A stretch of DNA of 64,000 bases from Spirochaetales bacterium. GTDB taxonomy: Bacteria; Spirochaetota; Spirochaetia; SZUA-6; RPPD01. This document shows positions 45,051 through 55,544 of this stretch, in pieces (position 1 is the stretch's first letter; each line of letters opens with the position of its first letter). The notes beneath the pieces are model-generated. The model was not told the DNA's origin and made no database searches. It worked only from the letters and a program-made list of their open reading frames with translations. The position numbers and the translations under genes were made by a program. The stretch covers positions 2,879-66,878 of the forward strand of contig JAFGGG010000003.1 of the NCBI GenBank assembly GCA_016930675.1, given 5' to 3'.

Positions 45051-48000
45051 TTACGGTGTAAGCAGTCCGGGGAAGCGGGCTTCCAGGCCGAGTTTGATCG
45101 ATAATTGACCATAACTTAATTCTTTCAATAATCCGCTTTCTTCATATGTACCCTGATAATTGGCTGCCAGGAAAAATCGTAACGTATCCACAGCATATTC
45201 AAGTATTAAGTCTCCTTCGATTTTTAGAAAATCCATCTGTTCACCGGGCCATGCATATTCACTATAAGGGCCGCCCTGTACCTGCACGGTAATCCCTATG
45301 ATATGTCCTTCAGCCACAGGAAAATAAAGTGCAGCAGCCAATCCTCCGAAAAATTGATACTTGTTTTGGGGTTTGTAATAAATGCCCTCTCCTGCGACAT
45401 CATCCGTGCTGTCCTGATACCAGGCCTGGCCCAGAAGGGTCATCTCAAGGGAAACCGGATACTCCAGCTGCAGGAAGGTCATATCCAGGTATCCGGCGGC
45501 TTCATAGATGATATTATCATCATCAAGCATCTCTCCTTTGCCGTACAGCCTGATTTTGGTGCCTTTTATAACAGGGATATCGATAAAGCTGAACTTCAGT
45601 GTCAGGTTGAGTTCTCCCCACAACTCATACACATTTTCTAAAAAGTAAGCGTATGTTTCGTGGTAGCGTTCATAACCTCCTCTTAAAGAAGCTGTTAAAA
45701 TACCCGTTTCCCACAAGGCAGCTTCAAGATATAGATACGGTTCAGGAACATCCAAATATGCGAAAATCGACTCCGGGGAATATGCTTCTTCACTAAAGTC
45801 ACTTTTACGCATAAGGTCATAAAATTCATCCATCATTAAAATTCTTACTCCCACATAAGGTGTCAGCCTTAACCCCCAGTCAATATAATAAAATGACACC
45901 CCCAGCTTTATATCATGATAATTATACGTAAACGGTTCAGCCGCGGTCGACCATTCCTTGTAATATGTGTAATAATCGATATCATATCCGGCCCTGAAGG
46001 CCCACATGGTGCTGAGAGGAGCTGTGTAGTCCAAATCGCTTTCCAGCTCTATAACCCCTGCCGTATCCATAATATAATTCGAACTATATTGAACCAGGGG
46101 TGAGTTTTGCCGCGCCAGATCGTTATAGAAAGCCATGGTGCGCTCATACGCAGGATCATTATCATACACACGCTTAAAATGATCCATGGCAGCGCTCCAG
46201 TCGCCTTTCCAGCGGTAGACCAGTCCCAGCTGATAGATAGCACCCATATCATTGGGATCCATGGCCAGCACCTGTTCAAACTGACGGATGGCCGCATTAA
46301 GGTTTTCTTCTTCCAGATAGAATTTACCCAATTCGTTTCTCAGCAGGTAGGTATTCTGCTGGTTGTAAAAGAAGGTCCTGACCAGCCTCTGGGAATAGAG
46401 TTCAAGCAGCTGATCGATTGTCTGCTCCACAACCTGCTTGTTGCCCTGGGCTTCGGAAACAATACCCGCAAACTTGGTTGCCAAGTTAGCCAGTTCCTGC
46501 TCGTAATCATCGCTTACACTGCCGGTATACTGACTTACGGCTGCGTATTTTAACAAAAACCGCTTGACTTCACCGGCGTGAGCCGCGTATTCACTGATAG
46601 TCCCCAGCTCCTTGTCCAGAAAGGCAAGCGCGTCCTTGCCTTTTCCCTGCCAGATCAGCGTCTCCACATAGAGGTATTTGCTTTCAGCCGGAAGGGTCGG
46701 TATGTTCTTTATATCATCCTTTATCTGATTTTCAGCATCCGCCAACCGTTTTTCCGACTGAGCCAGCTTGGCCAGAATGTGCTCCGCCAAAAACAGCTTT
46801 TCCGCTTCAAGCTCCCTGAGTTCTGCAACAACAAAGGCTTCATTCCACTGCCAGGTAGTCGTCTCTTTTACCTTTTCGAAGGTCTCATTCTCTTTTTCTT
46901 CAGTGCCTTCAATCGTACCCACTCTGGTCTTTAATGCGTCAACCTCACTTACCGCTTCCGTATACCTTTCAAAATAGGCATAACCCTCCTTTATCTTTTC
47001 TTTTATCAAATTTTGATCTTCAACCACTTTACCGCTTAACTCCTGCTTCTCTTTTTGCAGTTTAGCCAAGTTTGCTTCGGCTTCGGCGATCGATTCCTTA
47101 ATCTTGGCATCCTGTGCTTCATCACCTGTCAATGAGCTTTTTAATGTTGCGATAATATTCTCACTAAGTTCGATATCTTTCAGTACTGTTTCATATTGTG
47201 CGCGGGAACGTTTGACAAGAGCCAATTGGTTATCTACCTCCCTTTTCTTATCAGCAGCCACATTGGGTATATTGTGAAAATAAGTATACAGAATATAGAG
47301 CTTGTCCAGTGTTTCCAGTATGGAAAAGGCTCTGGCATCCGACAGTTTGATTTCTCTGTACGTATGATTGGTAAGTATATTCAGATACTCCTTGACCGCC
47401 TCTCTTGTTAAACCGTTCCAAAACAGGGTCTGCGCCAATAGTTCACGCAGATCCAGGTTGTCCGGATTGCGTTCCAGTTCTTTTCTGTATTCCTGCAGCA
47501 GAGCTTCCCTCATCCCCTGTTTCTCTTTCTGTATTGACAGGTAGGCGTTCAGTTTTTCCGATTCGTAAAATCTTGCTTTGATTTTTTTGTTAAGAGCTTC
47601 CGCCTGCTCCTGCTGGCCGGTTTTATTGTATACCTCCTGCTGCAAAATATAATACTCAAGATATTCCGGGAACTGAGTCTGCATATTCTCATACACGGCC
47701 GCCGCCCGCAGCGGATAACCGTTTACAACATACTCCGCTGCCAGTTCACCCAGCTTTAATCTATCCCCTTTAGCGCTCTCGATTACCTGATTGTATATTC
47801 CTTCGGCTTCTCTCACCTCGCTTGCCCATTCCAGCGTAATTCCCCAATTAAGTTTAAGACCCAAATCATCGGGATAATGCTCCAATCCCTGGCGAAAGAA
47901 TTCCACCGCTTCTCTGTAGCGGCCCGTCCATGCCGCCACCTTTCCCGCCTCCAGCCATACTTCATAGCGTTTGGGATCCAGCGCTAAAAGTTCTTTGTAG

Positions 48001-48923
48001 TATTTTAATCCGCCCTCGACATCTCCGTCCCAAATGGTATTCTTGGCAATGAGCAGCATTATATCCAGGTTGTCGCGATCAATTGCCTGAGCCCTTTTTA
48101 GATATTTCAGCGCGTCGAGATAATTACTCAAAAGTGAGTATACCATCGATACTTCGATGTAAGGTCTCACATCATTAGGATTTCGATTTATTCTCTTTAT
48201 ATATTCCTCAATAGCTAAAAACGGTTTATTGATACTTCTGTTATCCATATTCTTGGGAAACACTTCAGGAACCGGGGTTCCTATGGAACGGCTTCTGCCC
48301 ACTTTTCGCACAAAGAAAAAACAGTCCAGATAAAAATAATATCTTCCGTCATATTTACGTTTTTCTTTTACTTCGAACCTGATTTTGTGTTTACCCCTGC
48401 CTAATGACACATCACCGACTAAATTCCAGTAATAGGAGGGTGTGTACTGTTCCACTACCACCATGCGCCTGCGGTATACATCGATGGCGCGTCCGTCATC
48501 AATAATATAGCTGAAGGGCGAAGAATACGATTCCAAATCCTCTCCCTGAGGCCCTGCCGGAGTGCCTCCGTACCACAGCTCAAAAGTGCCCGGTTCCTCG
48601 ACATAAAATAAAAAATCAGCATAAAAAGCCGCGCCGCCCTGTAAGCCCGTGGCCCTGCTTAACTGCAGGGTCTGTTTACCTGAGCAGCCGAAATTCTTAA
48701 TGGATTCCTTGAAAAAATTGGTGGCTACCGCGTTTTCACCCTCGATAAAGATAATGTTTTTGTTCTCATCGGGGAAAACCGGATCCACTTTCCCTTCCGC
48801 TGGTTTTTCCTCTCCTGCCCCTTCATCAGGGGCTACGGATTCATCCTCCTGAGCGAATACAGGCACAACACACATAATAATCAGCAGGAGAACGCATAAT
48901 TTCATAATAATTTTCTTTGGCAT
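45051..48923 (-). CDS. large secreted TPR-repeat protein with an N-terminal beta-sandwich-like domain and a Tyr-rich C-terminal region
   Basis: It has a signal peptide (LCVLLLIIMCVVPVFAQ), many TPR-like repeats, a central coiled coil (EAEANLAKLQKEKQEL), and about 330 C-terminal residues with an alternating aromatic pattern. Confidence 0.7.
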   Translation of the reverse strand: MPKKIIMKLCVLLLIIMCVVPVFAQEDESVAPDEGAGEEKPAEGKVDPVFPDENKNIIFIEGENAVATNFFKESIKNFGCSGKQTLQLSRATGLQGGAAFYADFLFYVEEPGTFELWYGGTPAGPQGEDLESYSSPFSYIIDDGRAIDVYRRRMVVVEQYTPSYYWNLVGDVSLGRGKHKIRFEVKEKRKYDGRYYFYLDCFFFVRKVGRSRSIGTPVPEVFPKNMDNRSINKPFLAIEEYIKRINRNPNDVRPYIEVSMVYSLLSNYLDALKYLKRAQAIDRDNLDIMLLIAKNTIWDGDVEGGLKYYKELLALDPKRYEVWLEAGKVAAWTGRYREAVEFFRQGLEHYPDDLGLKLNWGITLEWASEVREAEGIYNQVIESAKGDRLKLGELAAEYVVNGYPLRAAAVYENMQTQFPEYLEYYILQQEVYNKTGQQEQAEALNKKIKARFYESEKLNAYLSIQKEKQGMREALLQEYRKELERNPDNLDLRELLAQTLFWNGLTREAVKEYLNILTNHTYREIKLSDARAFSILETLDKLYILYTYFHNIPNVAADKKREVDNQLALVKRSRAQYETVLKDIELSENIIATLKSSLTGDEAQDAKIKESIAEAEANLAKLQKEKQELSGKVVEDQNLIKEKIKEGYAYFERYTEAVSEVDALKTRVGTIEGTEEKENETFEKVKETTTWQWNEAFVVAELRELEAEKLFLAEHILAKLAQSEKRLADAENQIKDDIKNIPTLPAESKYLYVETLIWQGKGKDALAFLDKELGTISEYAAHAGEVKRFLLKYAAVSQYTGSVSDDYEQELANLATKFAGIVSEAQGNKQVVEQTIDQLLELYSQRLVRTFFYNQQNTYLLRNELGKFYLEEENLNAAIRQFEQVLAMDPNDMGAIYQLGLVYRWKGDWSAAMDHFKRVYDNDPAYERTMAFYNDLARQNSPLVQYSSNYIMDTAGVIELESDLDYTAPLSTMWAFRAGYDIDYYTYYKEWSTAAEPFTYNYHDIKLGVSFYYIDWGLRLTPYVGVRILMMDEFYDLMRKSDFSEEAYSPESIFAYLDVPEPYLYLEAALWETGILTASLRGGYERYHETYAYFLENVYELWGELNLTLKFSFIDIPVIKGTKIRLYGKGEMLDDDNIIYEAAGYLDMTFLQLEYPVSLEMTLLGQAWYQDSTDDVAGEGIYYKPQNKYQFFGGLAAALYFPVAEGHIIGITVQVQGGPYSEYAWPGEQMDFLKIEGDLILEYAVDTLRFFLAANYQGTYEESGLLKELSYGQLSIKLGLEARFPGLLTP

Positions 48924-48956
48924 ACCTTTACCTCCTCAGCCTATTCTTACTAAATC

Positions 48957-49029
48957 TGGAGGATAGGGGAATTGAACCCCTGACCTATAGATTGCGAACC
49001 TATCGCTCTACCATCTGAGCTAATCCCCC
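48957..49029 (-). tRNA. tRNA-Ala (anticodon CGC)
   Basis: The reverse complement is GGGGGATTAGCTCAGATGGTAGAGCGATAGGTTCGCAATCTATAGGTCAGGGGTTCAATTCCCCTATCCTCCA. The G3:U70 identity pair is present and the anticodon loop is TTCGCAA. Confidence 0.88.
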
Positions 49030-49145
49030 AAAGTATAAATCAGACAAAAGTATATACTTATAACTATATTATAAAATATGAAATGAACTTTTCCAGTTTA
49101 TTTTTATTTGATTCAAAGATATTGGGAACGAAAGGAAGAATAGAT

Positions 49146-50078
49146 TTAAATTTCTAAAAACAAGCCCTCCCGTGCGGCTTCAACCTCTAATGTTGATTTC
49201 CCCTTAACTTTATTTTTATATAAAGTTTCAAGTTCAGCGAGCTCCTTGTCTTTACGCAGCGGATCATGATGGAAGAGAAATAATCTTTTTACATCGGCTT
49301 TATGGGCCGCGTTTATGGCGTATTCAAACGTACTGTGACCCCAGCCTACCTTTCCCGCCTGATACTCCTTATGCGTATATTGCGTGTCGTGGATTACGAC
49401 ATCCGCGCCTTTGAAAAATTTCAATACCTTTTCATTTTCCTGTTTTGCCACAATTTCACCCTCCTTAAAAGCCTCTTCGTCAAAATCAGGTGAATCCTTG
49501 TTTGTGGCAAAGACATTTTGAAAAGGTTCGGTATCGTAAGCCGTGCACAGCACTTTGCCCTGATACTCGAAACGGTAGCCCAGGCACAGAATGGGATGAT
49601 TGAGATATTTTGTCTTCATAACAATCCCGTCACCCAAGTCCATTTCACACTCCTGCAGCTGGTCATACTTGATTTTGGCGGCCAGCTCGGCCTGACGTAC
49701 CGGGAAATAGCGGTAACGCAGTTGATCACCTACAATCTTGTCCAGGCTATCCTCTTCGTAGGTGACCGGTCCGTAAATTGTCAGTTCCGTGCCGGGGATG
49801 TAAATGGGAGTAAAAAAGGGAAAGCCCATAATATGATCCCAATGGGTATGGGTAAGAAATATTTCAGTTTTTATAGGGCCTTTTGGCAGATCCTGCTTCA
49901 TCAAAAGATCGCCCAATGCTCTTATGCCGGACCCTGCATCAATAATAATAAGACGGTTTATGGGCTGAAATCTCAGTTCAAGACACGCTGTGTTCCCGCC
50001 GTATTTTACCGTATCCGCTCCCGGACAGGGAATCGAACCCCGTACGCCCCAAAAACGCAAACTTATGGACATAGGCAC
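49146..50078 (-). CDS. MBL-fold metallo-hydrolase
   Basis: It has the HTHWDH motif, WGVRGSIP at the N-terminus and HHD near the C-terminus. Confidence 0.85.
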   Translation of the reverse strand: MPMSISLRFWGVRGSIPCPGADTVKYGGNTACLELRFQPINRLIIIDAGSGIRALGDLLMKQDLPKGPIKTEIFLTHTHWDHIMGFPFFTPIYIPGTELTIYGPVTYEEDSLDKIVGDQLRYRYFPVRQAELAAKIKYDQLQECEMDLGDGIVMKTKYLNHPILCLGYRFEYQGKVLCTAYDTEPFQNVFATNKDSPDFDEEAFKEGEIVAKQENEKVLKFFKGADVVIHDTQYTHKEYQAGKVGWGHSTFEYAINAAHKADVKRLFLFHHDPLRKDKELAELETLYKNKVKGKSTLEVEAAREGLFLEI

Positions 50079-50083
50079 TGCTC

Positions 50084-50953
50084 CTATTTGACTACTTCAA
50101 GAAAGATTTGAGCTTTTTCTATTTCTTTTTTAATATCATCCTCGATATCCTCAAGATACTGCCAGCCGATACCTAGATAGTTGAACACATCATCCTGTAT
50201 TTTTTCCGGGAAACGGTCTCCGGAGAAGCCCAACTCACTTACATTGGCAAAATAATTGGAAATCGCTACCGTATATAAAATATCAAGGTGTTCCCCCTGA
50301 TACTCGGTCAAATTATGGTGAAAGAGTACCACATCTACTATATCCTTGCTGAGTTTCCAGCTTTCCACAATTAATTTGCCTATTTCTGAATGATCCACAT
50401 TTAAGACATGCTGCTCCGCGAAGTAAAGGGGATGTCGAGACCTTTCCGCTTCGGCCAAGGCTTCGATGAAATTCTTCGACAGCCTGTTATTGAGTGGGAT
50501 TTTGCCGATATCATGTAATAGCCCGGCAATAAAATATTCTTCGAGTAATTTCGGATCAATATTCCGTTTTTTTGCAATCAGTTTCGCTGTACTCCCCACA
50601 CAAATGGAATGTTTCCAAAATCCTTCCATATTAAGTGCTTGAAAATCTGTTTTTTTACCTAAACTTGCCAATACGGCAGTACTTAACGAAAGGTTTTTTA
50701 CCGTGTTTATTCCCAGCATGATAATAGCTCGTACCAGTGAGGTAATCTTTTGGGAAAGACCGTAATAAGCGGAATTGATTAACTTCATCACCTTACCCAT
50801 AAGTACGGGATCGAGGCTGATTAATCTGTTTAAATCGGTGGGAGATGTCTTCGGATCATTACAAATTTGTAAAATTTTCGCCACTGTGGTTGGCAGGCTG
50901 GGCATCTTCTCAATATAAGATTTCATTACATATAATACATTTTCCCTTTCCAT
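50084..50953 (-). CDS. HDOD domain protein
   Basis: It has PSLPTTVAKILQICNDPKTS and GLLHDIGK. Confidence 0.85.
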   Translation of the reverse strand: MERENVLYVMKSYIEKMPSLPTTVAKILQICNDPKTSPTDLNRLISLDPVLMGKVMKLINSAYYGLSQKITSLVRAIIMLGINTVKNLSLSTAVLASLGKKTDFQALNMEGFWKHSICVGSTAKLIAKKRNIDPKLLEEYFIAGLLHDIGKIPLNNRLSKNFIEALAEAERSRHPLYFAEQHVLNVDHSEIGKLIVESWKLSKDIVDVVLFHHNLTEYQGEHLDILYTVAISNYFANVSELGFSGDRFPEKIQDDVFNYLGIGWQYLEDIEDDIKKEIEKAQIFLEVVK

Positions 50954-50956
50954 TCT

Positions 50957-53872
50957 TTATGAGCTCCTCATCTTGTCTAATATGGAATCAATCTTTAAAG
51001 CTATAACATTCCCCATATCTTTATCCGGCATATATGACGAAAGGTTTTTTATAAAGCTAAACGTAGAACTAATGGCATTTGTCGTTAATTCAGGTCCTAT
51101 TGGTTTTACGTAATCTTGAAACCGTTCATGTATCTTTCTTATTAACCCTTTGTTGCCAGAAAGCTTAGCCCGTAAATACTGCATTTTCATATGCATTTCA
51201 GACTCTAACAAATTAAATCGTCTATCTTGTGGTAAATAATTTGCCATATTCGTTAAATAGTCAAGAAGTTTTCCCGGTTGTTTATTTCTAAATCGCTCCT
51301 TTTTGGAAAAAAAATCAGCGTGCTCGGAGGCTTTTTGCCTTACATGTTCATAATCATCCTCCCCGGAATCGGACGTAACATAGTTTTCTTCCAATAGCTC
51401 GGGTTGCTCTTCGAGGATAAGTTCCTCATCTTCAGGAGTTTTGCTTTCTGCTGCCACATCATCCTCGAATAGTGCGTCCTCCTCCTGTTCCAGCAGCTCT
51501 ACTGCCGGCTCCTCATCAATCCTGCCTAATGACTCCTCTTCGTTAATTTCAGGTTCGAGCTCCTGTTCTTCCTGTTCTGTTCCCAGAATTACAGGTTCTT
51601 CTTCGTCTTCCTCTGTAAAGCGCGCGACTCCTGCCTCGCCCTCATCCGCTCCCTGTTCCCGCTTAGGTTCCCTGTACGATATTTCAACAGGAAGCGGAGT
51701 TTGAGGAACCGCAATATATTGTGGTGTAACCTGCGGGATTACAATAGGAGAAGGAGCAGCCGTTTGTTGGTGTGCTCCGGCCTGCATATTCGCTACATTT
51801 TGCTGGAGAGCTCTGGTGGCAGCATCCATTGCACTTCTTATTTCATTTTTAAGATCTTTAAGCTCATCCTTATAAGAAGGGCTTTCCCCGGACAGCTGTG
51901 CGGACACCGGTTTTCCTGCCGGCTCTTCTCTGTTATAAGCCGGTGGCGCGGGAGAAGTCTCCGGTAACGGAGTGTAAGACGGCGAAGCTCCTGCCGGAGG
52001 CGGAGGATAAGCCGCCCTTTGCGGAGGAATATAAGGACTCTCTTTATAAAGCTCCTGCCCTTCCAGCAGGTTCATAAGAGAGGGAGCCTTTTCTTCTCTT
52101 ACCTCAATAATTCTACGCTCTTCTACTTGGGGAAGAGCTTCGTCACTTTCTTCTAAAGTTATCTCTGCTTCTTCTTCTCTGACAGCTAAAACAGGTTCCA
52201 TGCCGCCTACTTTAATAATAGGTACGGATTCTTCTTCGGCCAACTCTTGTTCATTGAACAAAAACGCGTCTTCATCTTCCGCCTGCTGCTTTTCAAAATC
52301 AGCCGCGAGTTCTCTGTATTTTATAAGATTCTTCTGCCACTGCTCATCATGTTCTCTTTCATACTCCTTTATTGTCTCTTCATAGAGTTTAAGTGACTCA
52401 TTTAATTTATCCATCTCATTGATTTCTTCACTGGAACCTTGTTTTTCCACAATTTCTTTCAGGACTGCAACGGCTTTCTTATGGTCCCCCAGCTCTCTGT
52501 AAACTTTAGCCAATAAATAATATGCTTCTTCATAAAGAACACTGCTTTTAATAAGTCTGATAAGAGTTTCTTCCGCATTTCTAAGATTGCCCTGCCTATG
52601 ATAAAGATCCGCTAAAAGAATTTCAGCCTTCCCGTCTCCCGGATTATGCTCTAAATAGATTTTTACTTCCTGGAGAGCCTTTTTAAACTCACCTTTATCT
52701 TTCCAGATAAAAGCCAGGTCCAGATGAAATCCCAGGTTCTTTTGCCCCTGCTCCCAAAGCCGATTCTGTATTTCATATGCTTTGTCGATTTTATCTTGTT
52801 TTAGATATACATTGGTCAGCGCTTTTAAACTATCCGTATCCTTTGCATCACGAGTTAAAACCTGCTTGAAACAATGTTCCGCCTCTTCATATCGGCCTAA
52901 GATCATAAGAATAGATCCTTCGCGGTAGAGTACTTGATAATCTTCCGGATCAATTTTTTTTATTTTTTCCAATTGCTCTAGTGCTTCATTATGAAGTCCT
53001 TGTTCCGCATATAATAATGCCAGATTAAAATGAGCCCGACCATACTGCGGATTATGCTGAATGGCCCTTTTAAAGGAAGTAACCGCCTCATCAAAATGTT
53101 TTTGTTTATGTAACAATACGGCAATATTATTATGTACTTCCGCATTCTGAGGTTGGCTCTTTAAAATATCCTGAAAAATCTGCAAAGCACGCTCATATTC
53201 ACCAAGCTCCTGGTAAATAACTCCCAAATTATTCATGGCTTGAATCCAACCGTGCTTTATGCGACAGGCATATTCGAACTCATCCTTTGCCTGTTTATAA
53301 AATCCCTTTTGTTTGAAGATGACACCCAGATTATAGTGCAAACTCGGATGATTAATATCAATTTGCAGCCCCTGCTGGTATACCTTGATAGCCTCATCAA
53401 AATGACCTGATTTTTCCAGAACCGTACCCAAATTATTATACGCCAATATATAGTGCGGATTTAATTCCAATGCCTGTCTGTAATACTTGACGGCCTGAGG
53501 ATACTCACTCTTATCCCTATGGAGATTACCTAAATTATAATAGATGTCCACTTTGTTGCGGGCAACATGCAAGGCCTTTTGCAAAATCGTATATGCCTTT
53601 TCAATTTCCCCTGAGTTTTTATAAGCCACTCCCAAATTATTATACGCTTCGCTGTTATCCGGTTTTAATTCTATGGCCTTATGAAAAATCTCTATGGCCT
53701 CTTTATATTTACCCTTACGCTCGTAGATACTGCCTAAAACATTATAAATATTATGTAAATGCGGTTTTTCTAAGACTATCTTTTCTAACAGTTTTTCCGC
53801 GAGATCATATTCCCCCATGAGAAAACTAGTGCGAGCTCGAGCTAATCTCTCATCGAGGGTCATTGTTTTCAT
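50957..53872 (-). CDS. TPR-repeat protein with a long acidic/Pro-rich C-terminal half
   Basis: About 13 consecutive TPR units (AYNNLG.., YYNLG..) are followed by low-complexity E/P/A-rich sequence. Confidence 0.8.
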   Translation of the reverse strand: MKTMTLDERLARARTSFLMGEYDLAEKLLEKIVLEKPHLHNIYNVLGSIYERKGKYKEAIEIFHKAIELKPDNSEAYNNLGVAYKNSGEIEKAYTILQKALHVARNKVDIYYNLGNLHRDKSEYPQAVKYYRQALELNPHYILAYNNLGTVLEKSGHFDEAIKVYQQGLQIDINHPSLHYNLGVIFKQKGFYKQAKDEFEYACRIKHGWIQAMNNLGVIYQELGEYERALQIFQDILKSQPQNAEVHNNIAVLLHKQKHFDEAVTSFKRAIQHNPQYGRAHFNLALLYAEQGLHNEALEQLEKIKKIDPEDYQVLYREGSILMILGRYEEAEHCFKQVLTRDAKDTDSLKALTNVYLKQDKIDKAYEIQNRLWEQGQKNLGFHLDLAFIWKDKGEFKKALQEVKIYLEHNPGDGKAEILLADLYHRQGNLRNAEETLIRLIKSSVLYEEAYYLLAKVYRELGDHKKAVAVLKEIVEKQGSSEEINEMDKLNESLKLYEETIKEYEREHDEQWQKNLIKYRELAADFEKQQAEDEDAFLFNEQELAEEESVPIIKVGGMEPVLAVREEEAEITLEESDEALPQVEERRIIEVREEKAPSLMNLLEGQELYKESPYIPPQRAAYPPPPAGASPSYTPLPETSPAPPAYNREEPAGKPVSAQLSGESPSYKDELKDLKNEIRSAMDAATRALQQNVANMQAGAHQQTAAPSPIVIPQVTPQYIAVPQTPLPVEISYREPKREQGADEGEAGVARFTEEDEEEPVILGTEQEEQELEPEINEEESLGRIDEEPAVELLEQEEDALFEDDVAAESKTPEDEELILEEQPELLEENYVTSDSGEDDYEHVRQKASEHADFFSKKERFRNKQPGKLLDYLTNMANYLPQDRRFNLLESEMHMKMQYLRAKLSGNKGLIRKIHERFQDYVKPIGPELTTNAISSTFSFIKNLSSYMPDKDMGNVIALKIDSILDKMRSS

Positions 53873-55368
53873 TCCAATACCTCTGAAGGCCTGGCACTCT
53901 TTTCCTCGGCAAATTCACTTAAATGCGGCGGCGTGGAAGAATCGTAAGCCACAATAGAAAAATAATAGAGTTTTCCGTTATTAAGACCGGTAATTTGAAA
54001 CATGTCTACATTTCCCACATCGATAGGTGAATCACCTTGATCACTTCCCGTACCCATATAATTAAGAGGTCTGTCACCGTAAAAAATAAGATATCCCTTT
54101 ACATCCTCTTCTGTTACCCTTTTCCATGTAAGGGTAACTTTACCGTTACCGGGGATTACGCTAAACCCTACCGGCCGTATAGGCGGCAGATCCTGTTCAT
54201 AGATAATATCAATCTGATAAATACCGGGGGAATATTCCTGGCTTCCATCCGGAAACATTTCAACTCTTAACTGCAGATACCTCCCCCTCACATTTTCTTT
54301 AAAATCGGTTCCCGGAACAAACTGAGTCCACTGGACAGAAAGTGAGTTTTGAGATCTATACTCATCGCTGCAGCGATAAAAAAAGTAAATTTCAGAATCA
54401 TGAGGTTTGTCCAGATGAGCAATAATTTTTTTAACGCGAGTTCCCGAATATCCCAAATCAAATACCCTGCTTACCGCAGTTCCACTGTACGCTCCATATG
54501 TATTAAGATGAGGTTTGGTTATAAATGTTTTTGAAATACGGAACTCATCAAGAAAGCCGGTAAAGTCTTTTCCGATGACAAGCTGTGCATCGTCCGGCTC
54601 TCCTAAAATAGGCCTGGCCAGGGAACCTGTTGCCGAGTGTGTGTCTGTGGTATATATAACACCTTCCGGAATACCGTCAACTAAATATTCTAAAATCCCC
54701 TCGGTACTGTTGAACCTGAGCAGATGATGATGCCATTTTCTCGGAATAAGCTTGGTAAAACCTTTTAATTTGAAAGAATAATTACTGCCTTCCGGTGATA
54801 CAAAAAAATTATTAAAAATCCAGACCAGAGCTCTGTTCTCCACCCTGCACTCAAAACTTTGAGGTACCAGTTCATTTTTCGCCACCCTTAATCCCCGCCA
54901 GGAAATAACAGTCTCCCCTTCTGAAAGCGACGCAGGATAAAGCCAAAATTCAATAGAAAAATCATTCCAGACAACTCCTCTGCTAAAAAGGCAATTTTGC
55001 TGAGGTATTATACCGCACCCGCCTCTGCCCTGAAAAACAGCGGTACCTTTTCCCAATTTTGGAACCTTATCGGAAATTCCAGCCTTTTGCAGGTTTACCC
55101 GATAATGACCTGTTTCATCCTGTGCGGGCTTGCGGTTAAAGTGCAAAAGCAGGTCTGTTTCCTGTTCTACCGAATACTCACCGTGATCAAGTACCAAATC
55201 CAAAAATCCCCATTTACCCTGCTTCATATTCACGCCATCTAGATAAGTAATGGCTTTCCAACCATCTTCTCTTCCGAGAATTATTGTCTGCTCTTCAGCA
55301 ATGATAAACGGACCAATTAAGAGAAGATAAAAACAAAGTAAAAATATGTATCCTTTTTTATACATCAT
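53869..55368 (-). CDS. secreted LamG/concanavalin-like plus FN3 domain protein
   Basis: LamG-like block: FSIEFWLYP..GETVISW. C-terminal FN3-like block: VTLTWKRV..GYLIFYG..YYFSIVAYD. I set the start to MMYKKG (55368), behind the RBS GAGGGTG. Confidence 0.65.
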   Translation of the reverse strand: MMYKKGYIFLLCFYLLLIGPFIIAEEQTIILGREDGWKAITYLDGVNMKQGKWGFLDLVLDHGEYSVEQETDLLLHFNRKPAQDETGHYRVNLQKAGISDKVPKLGKGTAVFQGRGGCGIIPQQNCLFSRGVVWNDFSIEFWLYPASLSEGETVISWRGLRVAKNELVPQSFECRVENRALVWIFNNFFVSPEGSNYSFKLKGFTKLIPRKWHHHLLRFNSTEGILEYLVDGIPEGVIYTTDTHSATGSLARPILGEPDDAQLVIGKDFTGFLDEFRISKTFITKPHLNTYGAYSGTAVSRVFDLGYSGTRVKKIIAHLDKPHDSEIYFFYRCSDEYRSQNSLSVQWTQFVPGTDFKENVRGRYLQLRVEMFPDGSQEYSPGIYQIDIIYEQDLPPIRPVGFSVIPGNGKVTLTWKRVTEEDVKGYLIFYGDRPLNYMGTGSDQGDSPIDVGNVDMFQITGLNNGKLYYFSIVAYDSSTPPHLSEFAEEKSARPSEVLE

Positions 55369-55544
55369 GAGTTCACACCCTCTATCATCGGCAGAAAAAT
55401 CCCTGCCACATATATCTATATTTCGTCTGTTATGCACTTATATTATACAACCTTTATGATAATTATCGTATGTAATGCACAAATTATATCGCTATTTTCT
55501 CTCTATATAAATATACTATACAAATACAATATTTTAAAAAAGGT

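Noticed and set aside
49518-50111. A 197-aa plus-strand ORF.
   Set aside because: It lies entirely antisense to the MBL-fold hydrolase gene, which has the HTHWDH motif. It shows no start context or motifs.
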